Shown here in pieces: positions 9,799-20,700 of a stretch of 64,000 nucleotides of DNA (positions within the stretch are counted from its first letter, which is position 1; every line of letters starts with the position of its first letter). The notes under the pieces are model-generated. The model had not been told where the DNA came from, did not search any database, and was given only the letters and a program-made list of their open reading frames with translations. This DNA comes from Minisyncoccota bacterium (GTDB lineage: Bacteria; Patescibacteriota; Minisyncoccia; Phycocordibacterales; UBA1006): contig JAIPIY010000002.1 of the NCBI GenBank assembly GCA_021734445.1, positions 32,786 through 96,785 of the forward strand, read 5' to 3'. The position numbers were made by a program, and so were the translations under genes.

Positions 9799-10392
9799 AT
9801 GGCAATTACCACAGAAGACATTAAATTATTACGAGAAAAAACAGGAGTATCTGTTATTCAATGTAAAAAAGCACTAGAAGAAGCTGATGGAGACATGGAA
9901 AAAGCTCTTCTTATCTTGAAAAAGAAAAGTGCAGAAATTGTTGAAAAGAAATCTGACCGAGAATTAGGTGGGGGTGTAGTACAATCATATATCCATGGAA
10001 ACAAGAAAATTGGATGCATGATTGAATTATTATGCGAAACTGACTTTGTTGCAAACAACGAAGAGTTTCAAACTTTGGCGTACGATATTGCAATGCATGT
10101 AACTGCAATGCGACCAGAATTCTTGACTGCAAATGATATTTCGGAAGAAAAAAAATCTCAGGTAGAAGCTTTGTGCAAAGAAGAAGTCGCAAATCTAGAT
10201 AAACCAGAAGAAATCAAAGGGAAAATATTGGAGGGAAAAATACAGGATTTCTTCAAGGCGCGAACATTAATGGAGCAACCATTTGTGAAAAATCCTGATA
10301 TGACTATCAAGGATCTTATCAACGAGGCAGTACAGAAATTCGGAGAAAAAATACAGATTGGACGCTTTGCGTGTTATTCATTACTTGAATAA
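9799..10392 (+). CDS. tsf: Elongation factor Ts (short form)
   Basis: LREKTG..CKKAL, ELLCETDFVA. Confidence 0.97.
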   Translation: MAITTEDIKLLREKTGVSVIQCKKALEEADGDMEKALLILKKKSAEIVEKKSDRELGGGVVQSYIHGNKKIGCMIELLCETDFVANNEEFQTLAYDIAMHVTAMRPEFLTANDISEEKKSQVEALCKEEVANLDKPEEIKGKILEGKIQDFFKARTLMEQPFVKNPDMTIKDLINEAVQKFGEKIQIGRFACYSLLE

Positions 10393-10402
10393 ATAAACCA
10401 TC

Positions 10403-10780
10403 ATGTATTCTTTTTTTATTATCACTCTTGTATCTTCAACTATCGGACTTGTCATCTTTTTCTGGGTACACATGAAAGATCGTGTAACGGCATTATATCC
10501 AGAACCAATCCCAGAAAAAGCATGGTATAGCATCGATCTAGTTTCCCTGTTAGAAAGCGGGATTGACCTGGTAAAAAATTCTCTCTTTAACCTCTTTATT
10601 TTTTTATTAAAACAAGCTATACTGGTGTACAGATTTTCATTAATAAATCTTCGAAGATATCTTCGGGCCAGAATATATAGAATACTTTCTACTGCAGACA
10701 CATCAAAAATGAAGGGCGAAGAATCTCAATTTTTGAAAACAGTAAAAGAATATAAGAAACAGGTGCAGAAAGAGAGATGA
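10403..10780 (+). CDS. Hypothetical membrane-anchored protein
   Basis: N-terminal TM helix; lies 11 nt after tsf. Confidence 0.65.
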   Translation: MYSFFIITLVSSTIGLVIFFWVHMKDRVTALYPEPIPEKAWYSIDLVSLLESGIDLVKNSLFNLFIFLLKQAILVYRFSLINLRRYLRARIYRILSTADTSKMKGEESQFLKTVKEYKKQVQKER

Positions 10781-10789
10781 TAAAAATGT

Positions 10790-10865
10790 GCCGGCATAGC
10801 TCAGTTGGTAGAGCAACGGTTTTGTAAACCGTGGGTCGTGGGTTCAAGTCCCTCTGCCGGCTCCA
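10790..10865 (+). tRNA. tRNA-Thr(TGT)
   Basis: Cloverleaf GCCGGCA...ACGGT-TT-TGT-AA-ACCGT...GGTTCAAGTCC...TGCCGGC-T-CCA. Confidence 0.96.
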
Positions 10866-10868
10866 TAT

Positions 10869-10900
10869 AAAAAACATCCTGCAATTGCGGGATGTTTTTT
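10869..10900. terminator. Bidirectional terminator
   Basis: AAAAAACATCCTGC-AATT-GCGGGATGTTTTTT between convergent genes. Confidence 0.8.
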
Positions 10901-10901
10901 A

Positions 10902-11609
10902 TTATCTGTAAATCTTTTGATCTAATCGGGTGTGAACTTCTTGGAACAATCCCCACACTGCAATCAGAAGACCTGTTATTTCCATAAACTCTTCCAATGA
11001 AGATCCAATAATAAAACCGGGATGATACACACCGCCCATTTCATAAAATCGTGCACCTATCATTTCCATACCAATAGCACCCAAGACAAACACCAGTGCA
11101 CCCGCAATGATAGTGTATTTAGTAGTCGTAGATAATTTCAATAAAAATGGAACCAAATAAAAAGACATCAACAACAAAATTATTCCGTATGGTATTACCC
11201 ATGCAAAATAAAAAAGACCCGAAACACCACCAAGGATATATTGAGTATGGTATGTCAGTTGCTCATGAACCTGAGCCAGTTCATCAAAACTAAGGAATAA
11301 TAACAACGTAGAAATAAATATCCAAGGTGTCCACTCTTTTTTTAATTTTTGTAAAAACTTATCGTACATTCCGCAAATCAACGCACAAGCAGATAAAACA
11401 AAAAACAACATCACGGAAAAAAATGTAGGGACATTTACCTCGTGACCAATATCAAACATACGGAAAATCCAAGTATTTTCAAAAAAAGGATTTTGTATGC
11501 GAATTCCTTGGAAAACAAGGTAGATTAAAATCATTGCAGCACCCAAGAAAACCAACACGCCAAACACCTGGTTAAGATTTTTTTTCCAAAAGAGAGTTCC
11601 CTGTTCCAT
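10902..11609 (-). CDS. Multi-pass membrane protein
   Basis: About 7 hydrophobic segments; E.NVPTFFS, LS.DE..VHE, EE.ME motifs. Confidence 0.8.
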   Translation of the reverse strand: MEQGTLFWKKNLNQVFGVLVFLGAAMILIYLVFQGIRIQNPFFENTWIFRMFDIGHEVNVPTFFSVMLFFVLSACALICGMYDKFLQKLKKEWTPWIFISTLLLFLSFDELAQVHEQLTYHTQYILGGVSGLFYFAWVIPYGIILLLMSFYLVPFLLKLSTTTKYTIIAGALVFVLGAIGMEMIGARFYEMGGVYHPGFIIGSSLEEFMEITGLLIAVWGLFQEVHTRLDQKIYR

Positions 11610-11652
11610 ATCAAGTACACCTACTATACCACATTTTCAGAGTATTTACAGT

Positions 11653-13326
11653 CTATTTCTTTTTACAGAACAATAATAAAAATCTCAGATCATCATACGT
11701 ATATGCATCCCCTACTATAGATTTCACAGTTCCCAATTTTTGATCATCTGCTTTTTGTAGAGCTTTTTCAATAATCACGATATCTTTTTTAAATGATACT
11801 TTTTTAGGTTGTAAATAATCAATGTCTTTTATCGTAACAGCATCATCTTTGAGAAGTTTTTCTATGTGATTCATAATCGTCTGCACTGTCAGAGATCTTT
11901 CTTTTGCAATAGATTCTAATGTCTGTTTTTGCAGTATGAATTCTTTTGTAGCTTGATACGTTGAAACTTTTTGTTTAGACAATTTTTGCTTCTTTTCTTT
12001 TTTTACTATTTGTAAGCTACCACCAGATTTTTTAATAAAGTCATAATGAAGATTTTGTATTTTTTCTGCATCGGTAATCAATAATCTTTTTACTAATTTT
12101 TCTGATTCTAACTGAAATCGATTATCATGTTGATATACCACAGGATCAACCCGAAGGGCATGTTCGTTATAACCCAATAATTGTAGCCCCTGGATGGATC
12201 GTACCCGTGATAATGCCACGTATCCCTGCCCTGGGACAAAACATTGGGACAAATCCATACATACCGCATCTAATGTCATACCCTGGCTCTTGTGTACGGT
12301 AATAGCCCATGCTAGACGTAGGGGTAATTGGGTTACTTCGGCCAAAACCTTGCCGTCATCGGTAGTCACAGACCATGTTTCTGGGTGTACATAAATACGT
12401 TCCCCTGATCTGGTTTCGACAATAACATCATCATTATCAATCGTTACAATACTACCCAATGTACCATTTACATATTTACCCTCGTTGCTGTTTTTTACGA
12501 ACATTACCAGTGCTCCTTCTTTTAATGAAAGTATTTCGTGGGTCAATAATGTTTTTTTCAAAGTTTCAATATGTTTAGCAGAACCTTTTGATGTCATAGA
12601 AAAAGTTCGCACAGGAGTTTCAAGATTACCTAATTTCTCTTGATTAATTTTATCCACATCAACATTGTGCGTAAATAATAATGGTCTTTCTCCATCGTAC
12701 ACAATTTCTTCTACCGCACATGAAGATAAAATATCATGAGTATCTTCAGAAATTGAACATGATCGTATCTGAGACAAAACGGACAACAATGGTCCATCAT
12801 CCTGACGATATGATTTTTGTAAATAACAAAGATGAATATCTGCGTTTTTCCATGCATCAGACAAAAAAGCATACGTAGTTCCGGTACCCCCAATAGGTGG
12901 TAATTGGAAAAAGTCACCTACAAAAATAACCTGCATTCCCCCAAATGGTTTTTCAGAATTTTTCATTGCCCGTGCCAATAGATCCAAACTGTTTAACAAT
13001 GCGCCCGACAACATGGAAATTTCATCGATGACGAGAACTTTTGTCTCATGAAATCGATCCCAAATATATTTCTTTTCCAACATCATCTCAACATCCCATT
13101 CAGACAGATTTTCTCGAACCCCAATACCTGACCATGCGTGTATGGTCATACCACCAATATGTGTCGAAGCAATCCCAGTAGATGCGGTTACCGCAACAGG
13201 CATATCATGATCGCGTAGATACGCAATATATTGATTAATAACATAGGTCTTCCCTGTCCCAGGGGCGCCGGTCAGAAATACGTTATGTCCCATTTTTAGA
13301 ATATCCAATGTCTGTTCTTGTGTCAT
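11653..13326 (-). CDS. PIF1-family 5'-3' DNA helicase with C-terminal HTH
   Basis: GAPGTGKT, IDEISM, GDFFQLPP, AWAITVHKSQGMTLD, YVALSRV; C-terminal IAKERSLTVQTIMNH. Confidence 0.92.
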   Translation of the reverse strand: MTQEQTLDILKMGHNVFLTGAPGTGKTYVINQYIAYLRDHDMPVAVTASTGIASTHIGGMTIHAWSGIGVRENLSEWDVEMMLEKKYIWDRFHETKVLVIDEISMLSGALLNSLDLLARAMKNSEKPFGGMQVIFVGDFFQLPPIGGTGTTYAFLSDAWKNADIHLCYLQKSYRQDDGPLLSVLSQIRSCSISEDTHDILSSCAVEEIVYDGERPLLFTHNVDVDKINQEKLGNLETPVRTFSMTSKGSAKHIETLKKTLLTHEILSLKEGALVMFVKNSNEGKYVNGTLGSIVTIDNDDVIVETRSGERIYVHPETWSVTTDDGKVLAEVTQLPLRLAWAITVHKSQGMTLDAVCMDLSQCFVPGQGYVALSRVRSIQGLQLLGYNEHALRVDPVVYQHDNRFQLESEKLVKRLLITDAEKIQNLHYDFIKKSGGSLQIVKKEKKQKLSKQKVSTYQATKEFILQKQTLESIAKERSLTVQTIMNHIEKLLKDDAVTIKDIDYLQPKKVSFKKDIVIIEKALQKADDQKLGTVKSIVGDAYTYDDLRFLLLFCKKK

Positions 13327-13378
13327 GTGCATCTAGTATACAGGATATTTTGTGAAAGAAAAATAAAAAATTACCCCA

Positions 13379-13408
13379 AAACAAAAAGCCCGATCGGGCT
13401 TTTTGTTT
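13379..13408. terminator. Bidirectional terminator
   Basis: AAACAAAAAGCCCG-AT-CGGGCTTTTTGTTT palindrome. Confidence 0.75.
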
Positions 13409-13416
13409 ATAATATA

Positions 13417-14121
13417 TTAAGGCAGGTTTGATATACTAAAGTTATTATCACTTTCATCTTGAGCATGAAGTGTTCTCGTACCCGCTGAACAAGGAGAGTT
13501 CGGATTTGGAAACCCATCACAAAAAGGTACCCCAGTATATAGCTCGGTTTTTATTTTAGTTTGAAAACTTGTATCCGGTGGAAATGTGTATCCTGCATCC
13601 GAACATCCAAAAACTGAAGAGCTTATCGTCCAATTATAATTGCCTTGTGATGCAAGAACTTGTTCTTCTCCAAAGCAGTCTCGAGAATAATGTATATCTC
13701 CAACCCCAGAAGGAATAGAGTAAGAAAGTCTTAACCAAGAATTTGCAGGTGTATTACATGTGTCCCAATTGACCGTATATGTTTGACCAATTCTCCAGTC
13801 TTCCCCACCATTTGGTGAAATAATTTTAATCCATGGTTGTGTATTTGGTGTACAATTATTTTCACCCCCTAGTGATACACCAACTTTTATACCATTACCT
13901 GATGAAACTGGCCCTGTTTCGACTGAACTATCTTGATCTTCTGTTATTACACTCATATCCGAAGATGTTTCACCTAATTCGTTATTATTTTCTGTAATAA
14001 CATCGACATTTTTGTTATTTGTTGTCGCAAAATATATACCTCCACCAACAACCAACAGACCAAAGATTATCAAGACAGCAGCTGGTAATGCAAAACCTAA
14101 ATTTTTTATCTTTGCTTTCAT
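13417..14121 (-). CDS. Surface protein with a pilin-like N-terminus and an Ig-like SPNGGE domain
   Basis: KNLGF-hydrophobic N-terminus; PWIKIISPNGGE...DESDNNFSI. Confidence 0.75.
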   Translation of the reverse strand: MKAKIKNLGFALPAAVLIIFGLLVVGGGIYFATTNNKNVDVITENNNELGETSSDMSVITEDQDSSVETGPVSSGNGIKVGVSLGGENNCTPNTQPWIKIISPNGGEDWRIGQTYTVNWDTCNTPANSWLRLSYSIPSGVGDIHYSRDCFGEEQVLASQGNYNWTISSSVFGCSDAGYTFPPDTSFQTKIKTELYTGVPFCDGFPNPNSPCSAGTRTLHAQDESDNNFSISNLP

Positions 14122-14147
14122 AGATATATAATTATTATGCTAATTCC

Positions 14148-15440
14148 CTATATACAAGTTCCAATTGTCCAGCCTATGGTTCCATCAGAATTACCACGAT
14201 GACATGTTTGCGTAACTGTAGGTTGCCCAAGAGTCCATGTTCCATTTTGATATGTGGCAATAGAAACTCTTTTTGTCTGAGATACTGAATCATCTAGTTG
14301 TGCAAAAATTGCTGTAACTATATATTGACCATCATTATTTTGATCTACAGTAACAGATACACTTCCACATTCTTGTACACAACCTTCTTCAGGGAAAAGA
14401 TTACCCCATGTCTGTTTTGCTAAAATTTCTGCTTGTGCTTGTGTTAATGATTGACTTATTATGGTCGTTTCACTTTCTGATCCACTTGCATTTATAGTAA
14501 ATGAATTGTCTGAACTATCAATAAAATTAGGAGGTGCTCCTTCAGGACCTGAAGTTTGATTTAGCTCATGATCAATTATTACCCAATAATTTCCTGGAAC
14601 AAGCACGGGTGATAAGGTAAATGTCTCAGAGCCATCATTCACTGTACCATTTGGAATAAAGGACTGAACTACAGGCTGATTTGTGCTATTATTATGTGCG
14701 AGAATATAAACTACTGAGGAAAAATTACAACTCTCCCATTCTACAGCAATCTCTTCTCCCGCAACATATTCCTCTCCACCATTTGGTGACAATACCTTGA
14801 TCCAAGGTGCAGTATTTGCATTACATATTTCAGTATTTTCACCAGTAAGTGTTGTATCTGTTGTAGATACGTTAATTCGAGTATCCGCACCAGATCTTAC
14901 CGCAACGACCTTTTGTTCAAGCTCTTTGGTTGACTGCAGGCGCGCACCTACAGAGGTACGCATACTTTCTTGTTGTTCCACTGCACGATCAATGGCTTGT
15001 TTTACTTCTTCATCTTCAGCGTGCAACTGAACATCTTGTAATATTGAAACTCGATTTTCAGAAATATCTGAAAATCGAGATAATACTTGCTGTCGTATTG
15101 CCAAATCAGGAATACGCGAAACCGCAACAGTTGCCCGTGCTAAATGTTCTTCAGATTCACGCAAAAAAGATTCTGCTTCTGCGATATTTCCTTGCTCCAT
15201 TTCTTGTGTAGCCAACCCAAAACTACGACCTGAAAATTCTTGTAATAAGCTAGCTTTCTTTTCTGAATTAAAAGTAAAGAAAAGTTTGATTTTATCAAAA
15301 AAACCAATTGGTTTTATTTCTGCGCTTTGCACAATAGATACGTCTGCGGTACTGGTAGCCATTTGTGCCGAAACAGTATACGCTGAAACAAATACCAACC
15401 CTATACCTATAAATATACTTGCAATTATTTTGTTAGTCAT
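14148..15440 (-). CDS. Exported protein with a helical (DUF5667-like) region and an Ig-like SPNGGE domain
   Basis: Signal peptide; IKLFFTFNSEKKA; PWIKVLSPNGGE...DSSDNSFTI. Confidence 0.75.
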   Translation of the reverse strand: MTNKIIASIFIGIGLVFVSAYTVSAQMATSTADVSIVQSAEIKPIGFFDKIKLFFTFNSEKKASLLQEFSGRSFGLATQEMEQGNIAEAESFLRESEEHLARATVAVSRIPDLAIRQQVLSRFSDISENRVSILQDVQLHAEDEEVKQAIDRAVEQQESMRTSVGARLQSTKELEQKVVAVRSGADTRINVSTTDTTLTGENTEICNANTAPWIKVLSPNGGEEYVAGEEIAVEWESCNFSSVVYILAHNNSTNQPVVQSFIPNGTVNDGSETFTLSPVLVPGNYWVIIDHELNQTSGPEGAPPNFIDSSDNSFTINASGSESETTIISQSLTQAQAEILAKQTWGNLFPEEGCVQECGSVSVTVDQNNDGQYIVTAIFAQLDDSVSQTKRVSIATYQNGTWTLGQPTVTQTCHRGNSDGTIGWTIGTCI

Positions 15441-15479
15441 GATATAAAAATAAACTCTTAAATTTTGTTACAGTATACC

Positions 15480-15510
15480 ATAAAAACCATACTCTTGGTA
15501 TGGTTTTTAT
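15480..15510. terminator. Putative terminator
   Basis: ATAAAAACCATAC-TCTTG-GTATGGTTTTTAT. Confidence 0.65.
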
Positions 15511-15521
15511 GAAACTAACAT

Positions 15522-16265
15522 TTATATATCTGTTTTTTCTACAGTACCTTCTTCTTTATTTTCTTCTTCAGATATTTCTTCATCTTCTTTTATTTCTTGC
15601 GATGCATAATAGTTTTCAACTAATACCAATGGAAGCATTTCTTCTACATCCGCTAATGAAAATAATCCTGTATGAACAATATCATCAACCATAATCGAAG
15701 GAGAGCCAGGAATATTAAAAATGGATATTAATGTTTGCATAGCTGGTGTATGTAAATCACGATCTAGCCAATAAATACGAACTTCTGGATATCGTGCACC
15801 AATTTCATCCAATACCACCGTTTGACGTCGGCAATCACGACATGACTGTTCATGGAAATATAATACAGAAACGATTTCTTCTCCGCATCGTTCGTTGAGC
15901 TCTTGTCGCAAAAGATAATCTTTTATTTGTAAAAGATTATATTGTTGTTTAATAGCTAATAGATTTGGATTTTCAGAGCCCAAATCACTCTCCATAAACT
16001 TCACCCGCCGAGCTAGATTATTTAATTCTTCATTTAATTCACGTTCAAAGTTTTCATTTGAAACAACATGATCACAAGAAGAATTTCCTAGTAATGCATA
16101 TCGTGTTTCTATAGATAAAATATCAAGAGATATTTTATTTTGAATTTCTTGAATTTGTGAAATACGTGCATTACTAGCTTTATCAGATAAAAAGAATGCC
16201 AGAATGAACAATCCTAAGGTTACAAAAAATACAATTGCATAATGATAAAAAGAATAGTTTTTCAT
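15522..16265 (-). CDS. Membrane-anchored protein with a C-terminal thioredoxin-like CxxC domain
   Basis: TM helix, coiled coil, LYF...SCRDC...PSIMVD. Confidence 0.7.
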   Translation of the reverse strand: MKNYSFYHYAIVFFVTLGLFILAFFLSDKASNARISQIQEIQNKISLDILSIETRYALLGNSSCDHVVSNENFERELNEELNNLARRVKFMESDLGSENPNLLAIKQQYNLLQIKDYLLRQELNERCGEEIVSVLYFHEQSCRDCRRQTVVLDEIGARYPEVRIYWLDRDLHTPAMQTLISIFNIPGSPSIMVDDIVHTGLFSLADVEEMLPLVLVENYYASQEIKEDEEISEEENKEEGTVEKTDI

Positions 16266-16270
16266 ATATA

Positions 16271-17524
16271 TTAGCGCCACGATGGTGTGCTGGCGCGAAG
16301 AGTATCATATACAGAACGCAGTACCCAAAATGGAACTACAAGTCCGTACAAAATAAAAAATGGAATAAAATTAACAAAAGAACCTTTTCGAATACCTGAA
16401 ACATATCTTCCCAAAAATACGGTCCCTAAAACAGATGCAAATATAACCAGAGACAAGAATGATAATGCCTGAGTATTCACGAAAAACCAATCCAACGAAA
16501 CAAATGCTTGCCATGATGAATTAAACCCAACCAATTGCAAGGTACTGAAATAATGTATCAAACCATCAAAAATTTTATACCAACTAATGAAGAACACACT
16601 AAGAATAACAAAATAGGCAAATACACTGGTTGGCACTGTGAACATACCAAATGCTCCCATTTTCGGATTGAAAATAATTTTTTTATAATCACGCGTATTT
16701 TGCAAAAACCCATATCCCCAACGTAACCGCTGTCGAAATAATGATGATACCGAAGCAGGACCTGTGGTGTATACCAAAGCATTATGACAATGATCTACTT
16801 CGTATCCCGCAATTTGTAATCGATAGGTCAATTCTAAATCTTCTAGATTATGTGCTCTTTTATAGCCACCCACAGCACGTAATGCATCTATTTTGAATAC
16901 AGAAAATGCACCAGGGACAACCAAAACACCACCCAAGAGACCTAAAACTTTTTTTGTAAATGCAAACATTTGATATTCAATACTTTGTGCTTTTTGAGCA
17001 AATGTTGCTGGGTTATGAATCAATACTGAACCTCCTACTGCTGAAACTTTTTTATTTTTTACGAACACAGATGCAATCGCTTGAATTGACTGAGAATCAA
17101 GTCTCGTATCTGCATCCAATGAACATATTAAATCAGTAGTGACGTAATCCAAAGCAAGGTTCAAAGCACTGTGTTTCCCCCCATTTTCTTTTTGCAAAAG
17201 AATAGTATTTTTTCTTTGTGCATATTTTTGTAACTCTTTCCACGTGGCATCGGTACTACCATCATCAACAGCAATAACAAATAATTTATCTTGTGGATAT
17301 GCTACGTTATCCAACGACACAAATGTTGCATCTATGGTTTTTTCCTCGTTCCAACATGGAACTACCAAAGTAACAGTAGGCAATTCTTTGGGGTCAACAG
17401 AAACGAGAGAATCTTGTTTATATTGTTTACGAGAAATAAAAAATGAATACAGAAAAAAAATCTGTGTGTACAAAGACACAAAGACAACCCCATACAAAAA
17501 AACTTGAACCCAATCTATATGCAT
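16271..17524 (-). CDS. Processive GT2 glycosyltransferase (PgaC/IcaA-like)
   Basis: VDDGSTD, DAD, LED, QRLRW motifs plus TM helices. Confidence 0.9.
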   Translation of the reverse strand: MHIDWVQVFLYGVVFVSLYTQIFFLYSFFISRKQYKQDSLVSVDPKELPTVTLVVPCWNEEKTIDATFVSLDNVAYPQDKLFVIAVDDGSTDATWKELQKYAQRKNTILLQKENGGKHSALNLALDYVTTDLICSLDADTRLDSQSIQAIASVFVKNKKVSAVGGSVLIHNPATFAQKAQSIEYQMFAFTKKVLGLLGGVLVVPGAFSVFKIDALRAVGGYKRAHNLEDLELTYRLQIAGYEVDHCHNALVYTTGPASVSSLFRQRLRWGYGFLQNTRDYKKIIFNPKMGAFGMFTVPTSVFAYFVILSVFFISWYKIFDGLIHYFSTLQLVGFNSSWQAFVSLDWFFVNTQALSFLSLVIFASVLGTVFLGRYVSGIRKGSFVNFIPFFILYGLVVPFWVLRSVYDTLRASTPSWR

Positions 17525-17578
17525 ATAATTATTAGTATTACTATACCAAAAAAACACTCATTTTACAATACGTAAAGG

Positions 17579-18898
17579 TTAATAATCTCGAAGCTTTTTA
17601 ATCTTTTCATTATTACGGATTTTATCGTGCACTTTTGCTTCAATTTGACGAATACGTTCTCGAGTTACTCCAAATTCACGTCCGACTTCTTCTAATGTGT
17701 GATTTACCCCATCTAATAGACCATAACGCATTTCAATAATTTTGCGTTCCTTTATAGAAAGATCATTTAATATTTCATGAATTTGATCTGTTAAAATTCG
17801 CTTTGATGCATCCTGGTCTGGTCGTGGAATTTTATCATCTGCGATAAATTCACCCATAGTTGATTTTTCATCATCATCACGACCAACAGGTTCTTCCAAA
17901 GATAATGTATCTTGATTGATTTTTTCAATCATATGTATTTTATCTACTTCGATTCCCATCTCTGTTGCGATTTCTTCTGGCAATGGATCACGTCCTAGAT
18001 CCTGTGAAAGTCTGCGGGAAACTTGTTTATATTTTGAAATAGTTTCCACCATGTGTACAGGAATACGAATGGTTCGTGATTGATCAGCCAATGCACGAGT
18101 AATAGACTGTCGAATCCACCAGGTTGCATACGTTGAGAATTTAAATCCTTTGTTCCAGTCAAATTTTTCAACCGCTTTGAACAATCCAAGATTTCCTTCT
18201 TGAATCAAATCCAACAATGACAAATCAGAGCTACGTCCAACATATTTTTTTGCAATAGAAACAACTAGACGAAGATTCGCTTTTGCCAAAAGATTTTTAG
18301 CCTCATCATCTCCTGCTTCGATACGTTTCGCTAATTCTTTTTCCTGAGACGCTTTAATCAATGGATACTGTCCTATTTCACGCAGATAAATTTGAATAGA
18401 ATCTTGTCCTGTTCCCTCTTCTTTATTATATTTATTGTAATCAGAAGATTCTTCATCAAGACTGAGCAGATTTCCACCCTCTAACACATCAATACCTGCA
18501 ACAGAAAAACGTTCATAGAGATCATCCAAGAAAAGAACATCAGTCTCAACATCAGGAAATGCTTTCAATATTTCATCATAGGTAACAAAGCCTCGTTTTT
18601 TTGCTTTCTCAACCAACACATGAATACGAGCATTTCGCTCTTCAAGCATTTTTTCAAAAGCAAGACTGGTTTTTCGTATCGCAGGGGCTTTCTTTGCTGT
18701 TTTTTTCAAATCTTTTTTAACGACTTTCTTAACAGCCTTTTTGACCACCTTTTTAGGGCTCGCAGGTTTTTTTACTGCAACTTTTTTTGCTACTTTTTTT
18801 ACAGGTTTTTTAACGACTTTCTTAACAACTTTTTTTACTGCTTTCTTTGTTGTTTTTTTCATAACTTTTTTTATTGTTTTTTTCTTTGTTGTTGCCAT
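17579..18898 (-). CDS. rpoD: Primary sigma factor RpoD with a Lys-rich N-terminal extension
   Basis: [40 protein letters not shown]; downstream of dnaG. Confidence 0.96.
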   Translation of the reverse strand: MATTKKKTIKKVMKKTTKKAVKKVVKKVVKKPVKKVAKKVAVKKPASPKKVVKKAVKKVVKKDLKKTAKKAPAIRKTSLAFEKMLEERNARIHVLVEKAKKRGFVTYDEILKAFPDVETDVLFLDDLYERFSVAGIDVLEGGNLLSLDEESSDYNKYNKEEGTGQDSIQIYLREIGQYPLIKASQEKELAKRIEAGDDEAKNLLAKANLRLVVSIAKKYVGRSSDLSLLDLIQEGNLGLFKAVEKFDWNKGFKFSTYATWWIRQSITRALADQSRTIRIPVHMVETISKYKQVSRRLSQDLGRDPLPEEIATEMGIEVDKIHMIEKINQDTLSLEEPVGRDDDEKSTMGEFIADDKIPRPDQDASKRILTDQIHEILNDLSIKERKIIEMRYGLLDGVNHTLEEVGREFGVTRERIRQIEAKVHDKIRNNEKIKKLRDY

Positions 18899-18902
18899 AT
18901 GA

Positions 18903-20645
18903 TTATGATTCTTTTACGGTTGTTGCTTTTAATGTATTGATACGTTCGGCTAATAAGTGACACTGCGTGACCAGCGATTCGGGTATGGGTCCATGCTTTT
19001 CCGCATCACGCATTTGGGTAAGCGTTTTCGTAAATTCAACTTCGATGATATCCAGCTCTAATGCCAATAAAAATGCTTGTATGTCATCCAAAGCTAACGA
19101 AATTTTTTCTTCTGTATAGGTCATTTCTGCAAACATAAAAGAATCCGAAAGCACACTGGCTAGTTCTTGTTGTAGTGCATCAAACGCTCCTTTTTCTTCA
19201 ACTAATGCGTCATAGGCATCTTTATATTCTTTTGCCGTATCAGGCTGAAAACGTTCTAACCATAAGACTACACCCAAAAAACGTTTTTGCAAAGATATTC
19301 TTCGAGTTGGTGGTTGTTCTGGTGATTGCTGTGAGTCAGTTTTTATTGATTGGGGCACATAGGTTTTTTCCCATGATTGAATATCTTCACGGACCGCAGT
19401 GTCGGAAACCTCCAACACCCGTGCCAAATGTCGAAACGCTCTATCTTTTTCCAGCGCGCCGGCAAGAAATCGAATCAATGGATATACCAAATTACGAGCC
19501 TCTGTAAAACGTTTCTTTTCATCTGCAATAGATTCAAGGCTATTAATGACCACATCAATAAACCGAGGTGCAGTGTCTACAATAGTACGCCATTCTTGTG
19601 GATCTTTTTTTACAATATCCGCAGGGTCATTACCGGGTTCCAATACTACAACTTTTACATCACAGCCCTCTTCTAATGCTAACAAGATACTGCGATTCGA
19701 AGCTTTTTGACCGGCAGAATCCGAATCCAATGCAACGACAATAGTATCAGTGAATCGACGAATCAAAGCTATTTGATCTCGAGTCAAAGCAGTACCAGAT
19801 AACGCAACTGCAGAACGAACACCAGACTGATGTGACATCACCAAATCCATTTGCCCTTCTACTACAACACAGTGTTCATCAATACGCATAGCGTGTTTTG
19901 CTTCGTGGTATCCATATAATATTTTTGATTTATGATACAAAATATTTTCTGGAGAATTCACATATTTTGCATCTGCTTGTTTTGTATCGCTGCCGGGAAC
20001 TTCGATGAATCTTCCTGAAAAACCAACCACCCTACCTTGGGTATCCATAATAGGAAACATCACGCGAGAACGAAATCGATCATACCATCCACGATTACCC
20101 TGAATAACAAGTCCTACCTGATTCATTTCTTCATAAGTATATCCAGCCTTTTCAAGAACATGCGAAACGCTTTGCCATGGTGGCGGAGCGAAACCAATTC
20201 TGAATTTTTGTATGCTATCTTTTATCAATCCTCTTTCTCTGATGTAATGATATGCATCGGGATATTCTTTGAACTGTTGTTGAAAGAATATCGTTGCATG
20301 TTCCAATAATGCACGCAGGCGGTCATTTTCGATTACTGTTTTTTTATCAACTCCAGGAGAATATTTTTCTAATGTAATTCCAGCACGTTCAGCTAATTGT
20401 ACCAGAGCTTCTTTGAATGTTACTCCTTCGATATCCTGAATAAATTGGAATACATCTCCACCGCGATTACATCCAAAACAATGGTACGTATTACGCGCAG
20501 GTGAAACAAAAAATGATGCAGATTTTTCAGAATGAAATGGGCATCGCCCCTTCATATTTCCACCAACGGGATCTAATTTTACATACGAACCAACAACCTC
20601 GACAAGAGAAATTCGTTCTTTAATTGTATCAACAGGTGAAGACAT
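18903..20645 (-). CDS. dnaG: DNA primase
   Basis: CPFH...CFGC zinc finger, KYVNSPE, EGQMD, DSDSAG TOPRIM. Confidence 0.97.
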   Translation of the reverse strand: MSSPVDTIKERISLVEVVGSYVKLDPVGGNMKGRCPFHSEKSASFFVSPARNTYHCFGCNRGGDVFQFIQDIEGVTFKEALVQLAERAGITLEKYSPGVDKKTVIENDRLRALLEHATIFFQQQFKEYPDAYHYIRERGLIKDSIQKFRIGFAPPPWQSVSHVLEKAGYTYEEMNQVGLVIQGNRGWYDRFRSRVMFPIMDTQGRVVGFSGRFIEVPGSDTKQADAKYVNSPENILYHKSKILYGYHEAKHAMRIDEHCVVVEGQMDLVMSHQSGVRSAVALSGTALTRDQIALIRRFTDTIVVALDSDSAGQKASNRSILLALEEGCDVKVVVLEPGNDPADIVKKDPQEWRTIVDTAPRFIDVVINSLESIADEKKRFTEARNLVYPLIRFLAGALEKDRAFRHLARVLEVSDTAVREDIQSWEKTYVPQSIKTDSQQSPEQPPTRRISLQKRFLGVVLWLERFQPDTAKEYKDAYDALVEEKGAFDALQQELASVLSDSFMFAEMTYTEEKISLALDDIQAFLLALELDIIEVEFTKTLTQMRDAEKHGPIPESLVTQCHLLAERINTLKATTVKES

Positions 20646-20700
20646 AAAAGAAATGTTTTAAATAAGAAGAACACGAACAAAAGCACTGGTTTATATTCAG

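Noticed and set aside
10689-10877. 62-aa ORF (WSRQRDLNPRP...)
   Set aside because: It is the antisense translation of tRNA-Thr.
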